A DNA stretch of 40,732 nt from a bacterium (GCA_018400895.1 JAGYLR010000002.1:1-40732); one strand, 5' to 3'. Counted from the first letter of the stretch, positions 25,236-33,613 are shown. Program-made: numbers and translations. Notes: generated by a model not told the origin, from the sequence alone.

Positions 25236-25939
25236 TATTTTTCTTTCTTATTTTTAAAGTTATTTTTTATAATTTCTACCGCCTCTTCTGGAGTATCAAC
25301 TAATTGAAATATCTCCAAATCTTTTTCACTTATGGTTTTGTAATTACCATAAAGCTCTTCTTTAAACCACTTAAATAATGGTTCCCAAAAATCTTTACCC
25401 ACAGCAACAACACAAACTGGCAAGGGAAGCTTCTTAGTTTGTATTAGAGTAACCATTTCAAAAAATTCGTCAAGTGTTCCAAACCCTCCCGGGAAAAATA
25501 CATATCCTGAAGAAGAAAAAGAAAGCATCACTTTTCGGGTAAAAAAGTAATAAAAACCTATTGATCGTTCTATATATTCATTAGCTCTTTCTCCATCTTC
25601 AAGCTGTATATTTATACCAAGTGACTCTCCATTATTTTCATAGCACCCTCTATTTGCTCCTTCCATTATTCCTGGACCTCCTCCAGTAACAACAGCAAAT
25701 CCTTCTTTGGAGAGCAATTCTCCAAAACGACGTGCCTTTTCATAATTAGGATTGTTTTCATCAAATCTACTTGAACCGAAAATAGAAACTGACTTATCTT
25801 TAAAATCAGCTACAAAATTAAACCCCTCCACAAACTCAGCCATTATACGAAAGATTCTCCACTGAAATGTTTTTCTAAAATCCTCTTTTGCAGGGGGAAG
25901 CTCAACATCAGATAACTTATTTATGTTTTTTTTATCCAT
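25235..25939 (-). CDS. LOG/TIGR00730-family protein (nucleotide 5'-monophosphate nucleosidase-like)
   Basis: 234 aa with the family motifs GGGPGIMEGANRG and PGGFGTLDEFFE. Confidence 0.85.
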   Translation of the reverse strand: MDKKNINKLSDVELPPAKEDFRKTFQWRIFRIMAEFVEGFNFVADFKDKSVSIFGSSRFDENNPNYEKARRFGELLSKEGFAVVTGGGPGIMEGANRGCYENNGESLGINIQLEDGERANEYIERSIGFYYFFTRKVMLSFSSSGYVFFPGGFGTLDEFFEMVTLIQTKKLPLPVCVVAVGKDFWEPLFKWFKEELYGNYKTISEKDLEIFQLVDTPEEAVEIIKNNFKNKKEK

Positions 25940-25997
25940 ATTTTTGGATTTTAAATAATACTAAGAATACAAAACCTGATAGGGATTCACTAAGGCC

Positions 25998-26858
25998 CTA
26001 TATACCGTATGATATCACACGTACGTCTCCATGTATATCTGTACGCCTTGTGGATATATTAAATTCCTCTAATGTTTGCAAAACTTCTTTATGAGGATGC
26101 TCATGACGATTATCTTCTCCAACACTTATCACTGCCAAGCTAGGATGAACAACAGACAGAAAATCTTTACTGGTAGATGTTTTTGATCCGTGATGTCCAA
26201 CCTTTAACACATCTGAAGAAAGATTAATTGAACGACAAAGCAATGCTTCATTTTTTTTACACCAATTATTTACAAAAATTAGTTCTTCTTCATCAGAAGA
26301 GTAGATATCTCCAGTAAATAAAAAAGAATCTTTTCCATAAACTAAACGTGATACAACAGATGTACAATTAGAATCATCTACATACTCTCCCCTAAAATTT
26401 TCAAACGGGTATAAAATGTCAATATGAAAATCATCTGTCAAAACTCTTAGCCCAGCACGAGCAGTAATATAATCATCTCCTACAAGATTATCCCAAGCAC
26501 TAAAAGCTTCTGTATCATCAATTACCCCAGTGTAAATAATATGATCTACACTATAGTTTTTTAAAACCTCAATAAGTCCTGATATGTGATCATAATGAGG
26601 ATGAGTCAGTATAATAAGATCTATCTTTCTATTAAAGAACGGTATTTCTTTGTCTATCTTTTCTAAAACAATATTCCCTGGGCCACCATCTATTAATATC
26701 TTATGACCCTTAGGAGTTTTTATTAGTGCTGTATCTCCTTGTCCGACATCAAAAAAGATAACTTCTAAATAGTTGTTGTAAGAAAAAACAACACTCCAAG
26801 AAAAATAGTTTAGAAGAACAAAAAAGAATATAATTGTTAATATTACTTTCTTCTTCAT
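25998..26858 (-). CDS. membrane-anchored MBL-fold metallo-hydrolase (ComEC C-terminal-domain type)
   Basis: 286 aa. N-terminal TM helix, then DVGQGDTALI, ILTHPHYDHISG and VGHHGSKTS. There is no competence-channel domain. Confidence 0.8.
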   Translation of the reverse strand: MKKKVILTIIFFFVLLNYFSWSVVFSYNNYLEVIFFDVGQGDTALIKTPKGHKILIDGGPGNIVLEKIDKEIPFFNRKIDLIILTHPHYDHISGLIEVLKNYSVDHIIYTGVIDDTEAFSAWDNLVGDDYITARAGLRVLTDDFHIDILYPFENFRGEYVDDSNCTSVVSRLVYGKDSFLFTGDIYSSDEEELIFVNNWCKKNEALLCRSINLSSDVLKVGHHGSKTSTSKDFLSVVHPSLAVISVGEDNRHEHPHKEVLQTLEEFNISTRRTDIHGDVRVISYGI

Positions 26859-26924
26859 TTAACTTAACCGAAAAACCACCAAGTAAAGGTGGTCTTCGGA
26901 AACATGTGGAAGGTATATTTTAGG

Positions 26925-27083
26925 TTAGGCCTTTCCAAGAATTTTAAACATTTTAGTCCCACATACAGGACAGGTTCCTGAAAGAGCTCTTCTTTTTGTT
27001 CCTCCCTTACCTTTCATTTCCACCTCTTTTTCATCATTCATTTCGCGCTTCGCTTTACACTTTACACAATATGCTTCTGACAT
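26925..27083 (-). CDS. small zinc-ribbon protein (DUF5679-like), 52 aa; not in the ORF track
   Basis: Hand translation gives MSEAYCVKCKAKREMNDEKEVEMKGKGGTKRRALSGTCPVCGTKMFKILGKA-stop. It has CxxC..CxxC and a good promoter upstream. Confidence 0.7.
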   Translation of the reverse strand: MSEAYCVKCKAKREMNDEKEVEMKGKGGTKRRALSGTCPVCGTKMFKILGKA

Positions 27084-27137
27084 ATTAATATACTTTAAGA
27101 ATTAAAAAGGATCGACCTTTAGATGTCTTTTGTCCCC

Positions 27138-27166
27138 ATTATAATTGCTTTAGGTTAAAAATTCAA
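27138..27166 (-). promoter_or_regulatory. candidate promoter of the DUF5679-like mini-gene
   Basis: Minus strand reads TTGAAT (27161-27166), 17 nt, TATAAT (27138-27143). Confidence 0.55.
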
Positions 27167-28290
27167 GTAATTATCTTTTTTTTCTCTATTTTTAATAAAG
27201 CATTTTCTATTATTTTTTCAAGCTCTATCTTTTTTTCCACTCTTTCTAGATCATTTAATTTAATTTTTGTCTCTGGATGTTTTGGTAAAAATCTAGAACA
27301 ACAATCTTCTTCGGGAAGAATTGATATTTGATATGTCCCTATTTTTTTAGCTTTTTTTATTATACTCTGTTTATCTTCTCCTACAAGAGGACGAAACAAG
27401 GGAATAGATAAACCTTTTCCAGTAGCTGTCATATTTTCTACTGTTTGTGACGCAACTTGACCTAGACTATCCCCTGTTACAAGCGCCTGTAAATTGTTAT
27501 TTAAAGCAACTCTCTCAGCTATTTTTATCATTGCTCTTCTGTAAGCAATAACCCTAAATCTATCCTCTACTTTAAGCAATATTTCTTTTTGGATATCAGC
27601 AAAAGGAACAAGATAAATTATAGAAGGCCCTTGCACACCACAAAGCACAGAAACTATTCTTTCTACTTTTTCTATTGACTCTGCAGAAGTAACTGGATAA
27701 GCATGAAAGTGAATAAAACTGAGTTTCATCCCTCTTCTAATCACCGCATGTGAAGCAACTGGCGAATCTATTCCTCCTGATATAAGCGAAAGCCCTTTAC
27801 CTCCACTTCCTACTGGTAATCCTCCCTCTCCTTTTATCTTTTTTGTATATATATAACAACCTTTATTAGTTACTTCAATAAAACAAGTAACCTCTGGTTG
27901 AGTTAAATTAACCTTAGCACCTGTTTTTTTAACTATTAATGCACCCAGTCTTGCGGCTATTTCTTGAGAGGTTTGAGAAAAAGATTTATCAGAACGCACA
28001 ACTGTTATTCTAAAAGAAGAAAAGTTAATTTCTAACATTATTTTTAAAACCTCTTCTTCCATTTTATCTGGAACAACTTTACTGGCATAAGAAAAATTTG
28101 CTATTCCTGGTATCTTTTTTAATCTATTTTCATCTATATATTCTGATAAAATAATAATTCTTCCTCTTTCTATTTCTATTTCTACATTAGGAAATATTCT
28201 TTCTATATTAAAAGTTAGCCGTTTCTCAAAGAAACGGCGATTACCTCCTTTTATTCCTATTTCGTCATAATGACAAATTACACAGTTCAT
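27163..28290 (-). CDS. thiI: tRNA 4-thiouridine(8) synthase ThiI, without rhodanese domain
   Basis: 375 aa. N-terminal THUMP-like region, then PP-loop LISGGIDSPVA. It ends before any rhodanese module. Confidence 0.88.
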   Translation of the reverse strand: MNCVICHYDEIGIKGGNRRFFEKRLTFNIERIFPNVEIEIERGRIIILSEYIDENRLKKIPGIANFSYASKVVPDKMEEEVLKIMLEINFSSFRITVVRSDKSFSQTSQEIAARLGALIVKKTGAKVNLTQPEVTCFIEVTNKGCYIYTKKIKGEGGLPVGSGGKGLSLISGGIDSPVASHAVIRRGMKLSFIHFHAYPVTSAESIEKVERIVSVLCGVQGPSIIYLVPFADIQKEILLKVEDRFRVIAYRRAMIKIAERVALNNNLQALVTGDSLGQVASQTVENMTATGKGLSIPLFRPLVGEDKQSIIKKAKKIGTYQISILPEEDCCSRFLPKHPETKIKLNDLERVEKKIELEKIIENALLKIEKKKIIT

Positions 28291-28862
28291 TTTTTTGAAT
28301 ATTTTTTCAGCCTTGCCTTTAATTTTTGATTTTCTGTTTTTATCTCTTTCATACGCAACTCTCTACCAACAGTGAGCTTTTGAAATTTTTCTAACTCTTC
28401 CACTCTCTTTTTCATTTCTTTTGTTCTATTTTCTACTTCTTTTTCTAAATTATTTGTCATGTTTTGCAATTCCCTTGTTCTTGCTCTTACCTTTACCTCT
28501 AATATTTCTCTTGATTCTTCTAACTCTTTTCTGTAATCATTAAGAGTTTCTGCCATTTCATTAAATGATTGAAAAACTTTATTCATTTCTTTTGTAGTTG
28601 CTTTGTGTGTTCTTGAACTAAAATCTCCTTTTTCTAAACTTCTCATTGATTTTATTAATTTTTTAATCTGATTTATCACAGATTTTTCTAAAACTATATA
28701 GAAAATAACTGTCATAACAATAATTCCTATCAACATCTTTATAATATCAAAAACAATGTTTCCTGAAGACATTCCTAAAATAAAGATGTGAAATATCTCA
28801 TTTATTACAAGTAAAGCAATAAATGTAAATATTAATAAAAAGTTAATTGAAGGTTTTTTCAT
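28287..28862 (-). CDS. membrane protein with two TM helices, HAMP domain and coiled coil; no output domain
   Basis: 191 aa. TM helices INFLLIFTFIALLVI and MLIGIIVMTVIFYIVL. HAMP-like IKKLIKSMRSLEKGDFSSR..VFQSFNEMAETL. Heptad-rich tail VRARTRELQ..VGRELRMKEIK. Confidence 0.7.
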   Translation of the reverse strand: MKKPSINFLLIFTFIALLVINEIFHIFILGMSSGNIVFDIIKMLIGIIVMTVIFYIVLEKSVINQIKKLIKSMRSLEKGDFSSRTHKATTKEMNKVFQSFNEMAETLNDYRKELEESREILEVKVRARTRELQNMTNNLEKEVENRTKEMKKRVEELEKFQKLTVGRELRMKEIKTENQKLKARLKKYSKK

Positions 28863-28894
28863 TTTTCAAAAATATATATTTTTATTTTATACCA

Positions 28895-29092
28895 TCAACT
28901 CTGTTCCTGCAAATCTTTAATTATCCCATCTATATCAAGTCCATACATTTTACACACATCACCTATCTTTAACACCTTTATTTCTTGAGAGGCAAATGGG
29001 CAAGATAAACAAGGAACTCCATATTTTTTAAGAATTTTATTCCCCTTCTTAGTTTCTAATATCTCTGATATTGTACTATTTTTATCTATCAT
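28895..29092 (-). CDS. DUF1858-like small CxxC protein (hybrid-cluster-protein-associated redox disulfide domain type)
   Basis: 65 aa, TISEILETKKGNKILKKYGVPCLSCPFASQE..GLDIDGIIKDL. The family call is from memory of the motif. Confidence 0.6.
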   Translation of the reverse strand: MIDKNSTISEILETKKGNKILKKYGVPCLSCPFASQEIKVLKIGDVCKMYGLDIDGIIKDLQEQS

Positions 29093-30057
29093 TATTTTGT
29101 TATAACACCTCCTCCTAAAAGCTTTTCCCCTTTATAAAAAACTACTGATTGTCCAGGGCAAACTGCCCAACAAGGATGACTAAAAACTACTTTATTTTTA
29201 TAAAGTACTCCCGGAATAAGTGGAGAGGCATATCTTAACTTTGCTTTTACTTTAATAGGAAGTTCGACCTTTTCTATGATATTTGCTTTATCAAAAAAAA
29301 CTTCTTTTCTTTCAAGATCTTTTTCATTATTAGTAACCACAACAGAACTATTTTCTTTTCTAAGAACATAATAAGGTCCACCAGGCAAATTTAGCCCTTT
29401 TCTTTGACCTACAGTGTAAAAAAAACTACCTTGATGATGTCCAAGGACTTTACCATGTTTATCAACTATATTTCCTTCTTTAGAAGTAATATTTTCTTTT
29501 AAAAAACTACTTGTTTTATTATTTATAAAACAAAGTTCTTGTGATTGAGGAACTTCTCCCAAACCTAACTTTTTTGCGTATTTTTTTACTTTTTCTTTTT
29601 TAAACTTTCCCAAAGGGAAAATACTTCTTTCTATCTGAGATTTTTTCAATGCCCATAAAAAATAAGACTGATCTTTTGTCTTGTCCTTTCCTCTATACAA
29701 AACATCTCCCTTTTTTCTGACATAGTGTCCAGTTGCAATAAAATCTGTTTTAGCTCTATCAAAGAATATTCCAAATTTTATATCTCTATTACACATAACA
29801 CAAGGATTTGGAGTTATCCCTTGTTTTAACTGCTCTAAATAATAAGAAATAATTTTTTTCTTAAACTCTTCTTGTATATCAATAACAGAAAAAGGAATTT
29901 GTAAAATACTAGCTGAGTGTTTGGCAGCTATTTTATCTTTTTCACCATTTCCCATGTCCATAAAAATCGCCTCAACATCATACTTCTTGTTTAAGATATG
30001 TGCAGCAAAAAAAGAGTCTACTCCCCCAGAAAGAGCAACAGTTACACTATTTTTCAT
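29092..30057 (-). CDS. mnmA: tRNA 2-thiouridine(34) synthase MnmA
   Basis: 321 aa. PP-loop VALSGGVDS, catalytic Cys context NPCVMCN, and ELCF. Confidence 0.88.
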   Translation of the reverse strand: MKNSVTVALSGGVDSFFAAHILNKKYDVEAIFMDMGNGEKDKIAAKHSASILQIPFSVIDIQEEFKKKIISYYLEQLKQGITPNPCVMCNRDIKFGIFFDRAKTDFIATGHYVRKKGDVLYRGKDKTKDQSYFLWALKKSQIERSIFPLGKFKKEKVKKYAKKLGLGEVPQSQELCFINNKTSSFLKENITSKEGNIVDKHGKVLGHHQGSFFYTVGQRKGLNLPGGPYYVLRKENSSVVVTNNEKDLERKEVFFDKANIIEKVELPIKVKAKLRYASPLIPGVLYKNKVVFSHPCWAVCPGQSVVFYKGEKLLGGGVITK

Positions 30058-30415
30058 AATTTTCTACTGCAGCCCTAAGGCCATTTAAAGCAAGTGAAGC
30101 ACAATGCACTTTAGTATTTGGTAAATATTCTAATTTTTCTACCATCTCTTTTTCAGTTAATTCTACTGCATCTTTTATATTTTTACCTATCACCATTTCA
30201 CAAACAACATCTGATGTTGCAATTGCAGCAGCACACCCCAGTGTTCTAAAAGAGGCGTTAATTATTTTACCATTATCAACCTTTATATATATCTCCATCT
30301 CATCACCACATCTCTCATTACCAACAACTCCAACTGCGTCAGCATCTTTCATCTCACCAAAAAACTTGGGATGCATAAAACGTTGTACTGCTTCTTTTGA
30401 ATAATAACTTTTCAT
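30047..30415 (-). CDS. NifU/IscU-type Fe-S scaffold or sulfur-acceptor protein
   Basis: 122 aa with three conserved Cys contexts: GNERCGDEM, LGCAAAIATS and HCASLA. Confidence 0.85.
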   Translation of the reverse strand: MKSYYSKEAVQRFMHPKFFGEMKDADAVGVVGNERCGDEMEIYIKVDNGKIINASFRTLGCAAAIATSDVVCEMVIGKNIKDAVELTEKEMVEKLEYLPNTKVHCASLALNGLRAAVENYEK

Positions 30416-31545
30416 CTTCCTGATATTTCTCTTAATCTTTCGACTATTGGAGGAAGTTTTGTAAGTAACTCATCTATTTCTTTTTCTGTGGTCATACTCC
30501 CCAAAGTAATACGTAATGATCCGTGAGCAGCTCTGTGAGACAGCCCAAGAGAAAGCAAAACATGAGAAGGAGAAAGAGAATTTGAAGCACAGGCAGATCC
30601 AGTAGAAACAGCAATTCCTTCTTCATTAAGAGCTATAAGCATACTTTCTCCTTCAACTCCAGTAAAAGTAATATTTATATTATTTGCTATCCTGTTCTCT
30701 CTACTTCCATTAAGAGCAGCACCAGAAATAGAAGAGGTAATTCCATCTATTACCTTATCTCTCATTGTCTTTGTTTTTTTAGAATCATTTACATCAATGC
30801 TTCTTATCGCTTCTCCCATACCAACTATTGCTGGAATATTTTCCGTTCCTGGACGGTGCCCCCTTTCTTGATGAGCTCCATAAAGAATTTGAGATATTTT
30901 ACTTCCCTCACGTACATAAAGTACTCCCACTCCTTTTGGTCCATATATTTTGTGTCCACTAAGAGTAAGTAAATCTACTTTTAAATTATTAACATCACAA
31001 GATAAATAATTTGCAGCCTGCACCGCGTCTGTATGGAATAAAATCTTGTTTTTTCTATTTTTATTCACTTCTTCTAAAGCTTCTCCAATCTCTTTTATTG
31101 GCTGGATAGTTCCTATCTCACTATTAACATACATAATAGAAATAAGAGTGGTATTCTCTTTTATCTCTTTTAAAACATCCTCAACTTTTACAACTCCTTC
31201 TTTATAAACTGGAAGGTAAGTTACATCAGTATGAGTTTTACACGGCCCTAAAACAGCTTCGTGCTCAAATGAGGAAGTTATAATATGTCCGTTATTACTT
31301 GCCCCTAAAACAGCCATATTATTTGCTTCTGTTGCTGATGCAGTAAATACCACTTCTCTTTGGTGAGAATTTAAAAACTGAGCAACTGCTTTTCTAGAAT
31401 CATCTAATGCAAACACAGCCTCCTCTCCAAAACTGTGTATTGAAGAGGGGTTAGCAAACTTATCAGTAAAAAAAGGCATCATTTTTTCTAATACATTTGC
31501 TTTTACTGGTGTTGTCGCTGCGTAATCTAAATATATCTTTTTCAT
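30412..31545 (-). CDS. cysteine desulfurase (NifS/IscS class I)
   Basis: 377 aa. PLP-lysine context SGHKIYGPKGVG and active-site loop STGSACAS. Confidence 0.9.
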   Translation of the reverse strand: MKKIYLDYAATTPVKANVLEKMMPFFTDKFANPSSIHSFGEEAVFALDDSRKAVAQFLNSHQREVVFTASATEANNMAVLGASNNGHIITSSFEHEAVLGPCKTHTDVTYLPVYKEGVVKVEDVLKEIKENTTLISIMYVNSEIGTIQPIKEIGEALEEVNKNRKNKILFHTDAVQAANYLSCDVNNLKVDLLTLSGHKIYGPKGVGVLYVREGSKISQILYGAHQERGHRPGTENIPAIVGMGEAIRSIDVNDSKKTKTMRDKVIDGITSSISGAALNGSRENRIANNINITFTGVEGESMLIALNEEGIAVSTGSACASNSLSPSHVLLSLGLSHRAAHGSLRITLGSMTTEKEIDELLTKLPPIVERLREISGR

Positions 31546-31931
31546 TTTATTAACTGTGATAATTTAATTGAAGATAAAGTTTCTTCAAGTTGTTTATTAA
31601 CTTTCTTCCACGCTTTTGATGCTCCACAAGTACTATTTCTGGGGCAATACTTATTTACACAATCAACCATAAATACAGACTCATTTACCGCATCTAAAAT
31701 ATCTTTTAAGCTAATTTTTTCTGGAGATTTAGATAAAATATATCCTCCGCTAACTCCTCTTTTTGATAAAACTAGTCCCTTTTTCTCAAGCTTGGAAAAT
31801 ATCTTCTCTAAATAACCAAAAGATATATCTTCTTTTTCAGATATAACTCTAATTGAACAAGTTTTGTCTTTTTCTTTGGCAAGAACAATCATAGCCCGCA
31901 GAGCGTACTGACTTCTTTTTGTTATCTGCAT
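31542..31931 (-). CDS. Rrf2-family transcriptional regulator (IscR-like)
   Basis: Starts MQITKRSQYALRAMIVLA, with Cys triad CVNKYCPRNSTC. I prefer the ATG at 31931, which has GAGGT 8 nt upstream; the track start at 31946 is a TTG. Confidence 0.85.
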   Translation of the reverse strand: MQITKRSQYALRAMIVLAKEKDKTCSIRVISEKEDISFGYLEKIFSKLEKKGLVLSKRGVSGGYILSKSPEKISLKDILDAVNESVFMVDCVNKYCPRNSTCGASKAWKKVNKQLEETLSSIKLSQLIK

Positions 31932-31958
31932 AAATCCATACCTCAATGGTATGAATTG

Positions 31959-31987
31959 ATTATAGCAGTAAGTTTTTTGTTTTACAA
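31959..31987 (-). promoter_or_regulatory. candidate promoter of the Rrf2-NifS-...-ThiI operon
   Basis: Minus strand reads TTGTAA (31982-31987), 17 nt, TATAAT (31959-31964). Confidence 0.55.
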
Positions 31988-32017
31988 GAGCATATTTTTA
32001 AGATAAAATACTGTATT

Positions 32018-32101
32018 GCCGCGGTGGCGGAACTGGCAGACGCATACGACTCAAAATCGTATGATCTTAGGATCGTGTGGGTTCGATTCCCACCCGCGGC
32101 A
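32018..32101 (+). tRNA. tRNA-Leu (anticodon CAA), type II with long variable arm
   Basis: Acceptor GCCGCGG/CCGCGGC. Anticodon stem TACGA/TCGTA with loop CTCAAAA. Variable arm GATCTTAGGATC. T arm GTGGG-TTCGATT-CCCAC. CCA is not encoded. Confidence 0.9.
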
Positions 32102-32110
32102 CAACAAAAA

Positions 32111-32199
32111 ATGTCCAAGGTGCAACCTTGGACATTTCCCAAGGTGCAACCTTGGACATTTCCCAAGGACATTTCCCAAGGTGCAACCTTGGTATTTGT
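32111..32199 (+). repeat. tandem array (about 4 units) of the 24-mer ccaaggtgcaaccttggacatttc, each containing a hairpin
   Basis: Units at 32115-32138 and 32139-32162. A unit with an internal deletion is at 32163-32175 and a variant unit at 32176-32199. The leading palindrome atgtccaaggtgcaaccttggacat spans 32111-32135 and is preceded by an A6 run. Confidence 0.9.
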
Positions 32200-32202
32200 A
32201 AA

Positions 32203-32230
32203 CCATGTGCACCCCCGGGGGTGCACATGG
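32203..32230. repeat. perfect 28-bp palindrome ccatgtgcaccccc|gggggtgcacatgg
   Basis: The arms are exact reverse complements. It is a variant of the ATGTCC..GGACAT family, with GTGCAC in place of GTCCAC. Confidence 0.95.
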
Positions 32231-32268
32231 GGTTGGTTTGTTGACTTGTATTGTAGAAAAACCACGGA

Positions 32269-32811
32269 TTATTGCTTGCGCGGTTTTTTTTTATTTTTTT
32301 TAAAAAGTTGTGCCAATCCGTAAATAATTACTCCAGAAAGTAATCCAACAAAAATACCAGCAAGAATATCAGAAGGCCAGTGCAATCCGATATAAACTCT
32401 TGAGAGACCAATTAAAAAAGATAGTGTATAAAATACTGTTCCTGCTTTTTTATTGTATAGAAAAACAACTGTAGAAAGAGCAAAAAAGAAAGATACATGA
32501 CCAGAAGGAAGAGATGCGCTATCTTTAAAAGGAGCAAGCAGATTTACATCATTTAAAGCAATGAAAGGCCTTTCTCTAGGGAAGAATTGCCTTATTGCCT
32601 GACAAAGCCCATAACGGGCAAAAAAAGCGGAAATAAACACTTCTAAAACATATACTCCGTTCTTTTTAATGCCCTTTATTAGAAGATAAGCAAAAGGAAC
32701 AAGTAGTAAGTAAGGAAGCACTGATGAGAGCACATAAAACAACGAATCAGCAAAAAACCACTTTCCAGCAAAACCATTTATAAAATTAAATATTACAAGA
32801 TCAATGTTCAT
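32269..32811 (-). CDS. PAP2-family phosphatase (undecaprenyl-diphosphatase/lipid phosphatase type)
   Basis: PAP2 motifs FFPRERPF, PSGH and SRVYIGLHWPSD. Multi-pass membrane protein. I prefer the ATG at 32811 (M17 of the track ORF). Confidence 0.8.
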   Translation of the reverse strand: MNIDLVIFNFINGFAGKWFFADSLFYVLSSVLPYLLLVPFAYLLIKGIKKNGVYVLEVFISAFFARYGLCQAIRQFFPRERPFIALNDVNLLAPFKDSASLPSGHVSFFFALSTVVFLYNKKAGTVFYTLSFLIGLSRVYIGLHWPSDILAGIFVGLLSGVIIYGLAQLFKKNKKKPRKQ

Positions 32812-33613
32812 GGAAATACAAAAGATTATAAAGTAAACAACATATTGTAAGAGGACCAACTCCTCCGGGAACAGGAGATAAAAGTGAAGCTTTTTCTTTT
32901 ACACTATCAATATCTACATCTCCTTTGATTGCTCCTTTGTGAGAAGATGTTCCAGCGTCTATTACTACTGCTCCCTTTTTTATCATATCCCCTCTTATAA
33001 TCCCCGGAGAACCAACACCAGAAACAACAATATCAGCTTCTTTAATAAAACTGGAGATATCTTTTGTTTTACTATTTAATACAGTAACCGTTGCTCCTTC
33101 TCTTTCAAGGTAAACTGATACTGGCTTTCCTACCAATTTCCCAAATCCAACAACAACAGTATTTACTCCTTGTAAATTGATATTATGTTCTTCTAAAATT
33201 AATTTAACTGCACCAGCAACTGGAGGAAGAATTTGGATAGTGTTGTTATAAAAAGCTCCAGAAATATATTCAGATAACATATCAACATCTTTATCTTTAT
33301 CTATAGCATTTAACACTCTGCTTTGGTCAACGCTCTTTGGTAAAGGAAGTTGAACTATTACTCCATCTTCCTTTAATAAAGAAACTTTTTCTACTAATTC
33401 TTCTGTTGAAATATCCTCTTTATAAGAGTAAATAGAAACCTCAACACCAACACTTTCTAATGCTTGTTGTTTCTTTTTAATATACAAAGCAGAAACAGGA
33501 TTATTTCCCACAACAACAACTGCTAAAGAGGGTTTTGTATCTCTGTTTTTGATCTCTTCCTTTATAATCTCTAATTCTCTTTGAGATATTTTTTTACCAT
33601 TAACTAATTCCAT
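32801..33613 (-). CDS. folD: bifunctional methylenetetrahydrofolate dehydrogenase/cyclohydrolase
   Basis: 270 aa with VVVGNNPVSALYIKKK, VVVGFGKLVGKPV and PVPGGVGPLT. Confidence 0.9.
   Translation of the reverse strand: MELVNGKKISQRELEIIKEEIKNRDTKPSLAVVVVGNNPVSALYIKKKQQALESVGVEVSIYSYKEDISTEELVEKVSLLKEDGVIVQLPLPKSVDQSRVLNAIDKDKDVDMLSEYISGAFYNNTIQILPPVAGAVKLILEEHNINLQGVNTVVVGFGKLVGKPVSVYLEREGATVTVLNSKTKDISSFIKEADIVVSGVGSPGIIRGDMIKKGAVVIDAGTSSHKGAIKGDVDIDSVKEKASLLSPVPGGVGPLTICCLLYNLLYFHEH

Noticed and set aside
26868-26899. Imperfect hairpin ccgaaaaaccacc..ggtggtcttcgg as the terminator of the DUF5679-like gene
   Set aside because: The stem has mismatches and there is no downstream U-run on the minus strand. 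The evidence is too weak to list as a feature.
32018-32268. Integrated mobile element at tRNA-Leu
   Set aside because: There is no integrase, no duplicated tRNA 3' segment and no cargo genes. Only short repeats lie between the tRNA and the next housekeeping gene.
31960-32323. ORFs 31960..32265 (-), 32016..32201 (+) and 32024..32323 (+)
   Set aside because: They overlap tRNA-Leu and the 24-mer/palindrome array. Their peptides (KVQPWTFPKVQPWTFPK) are just translated tandem repeats.
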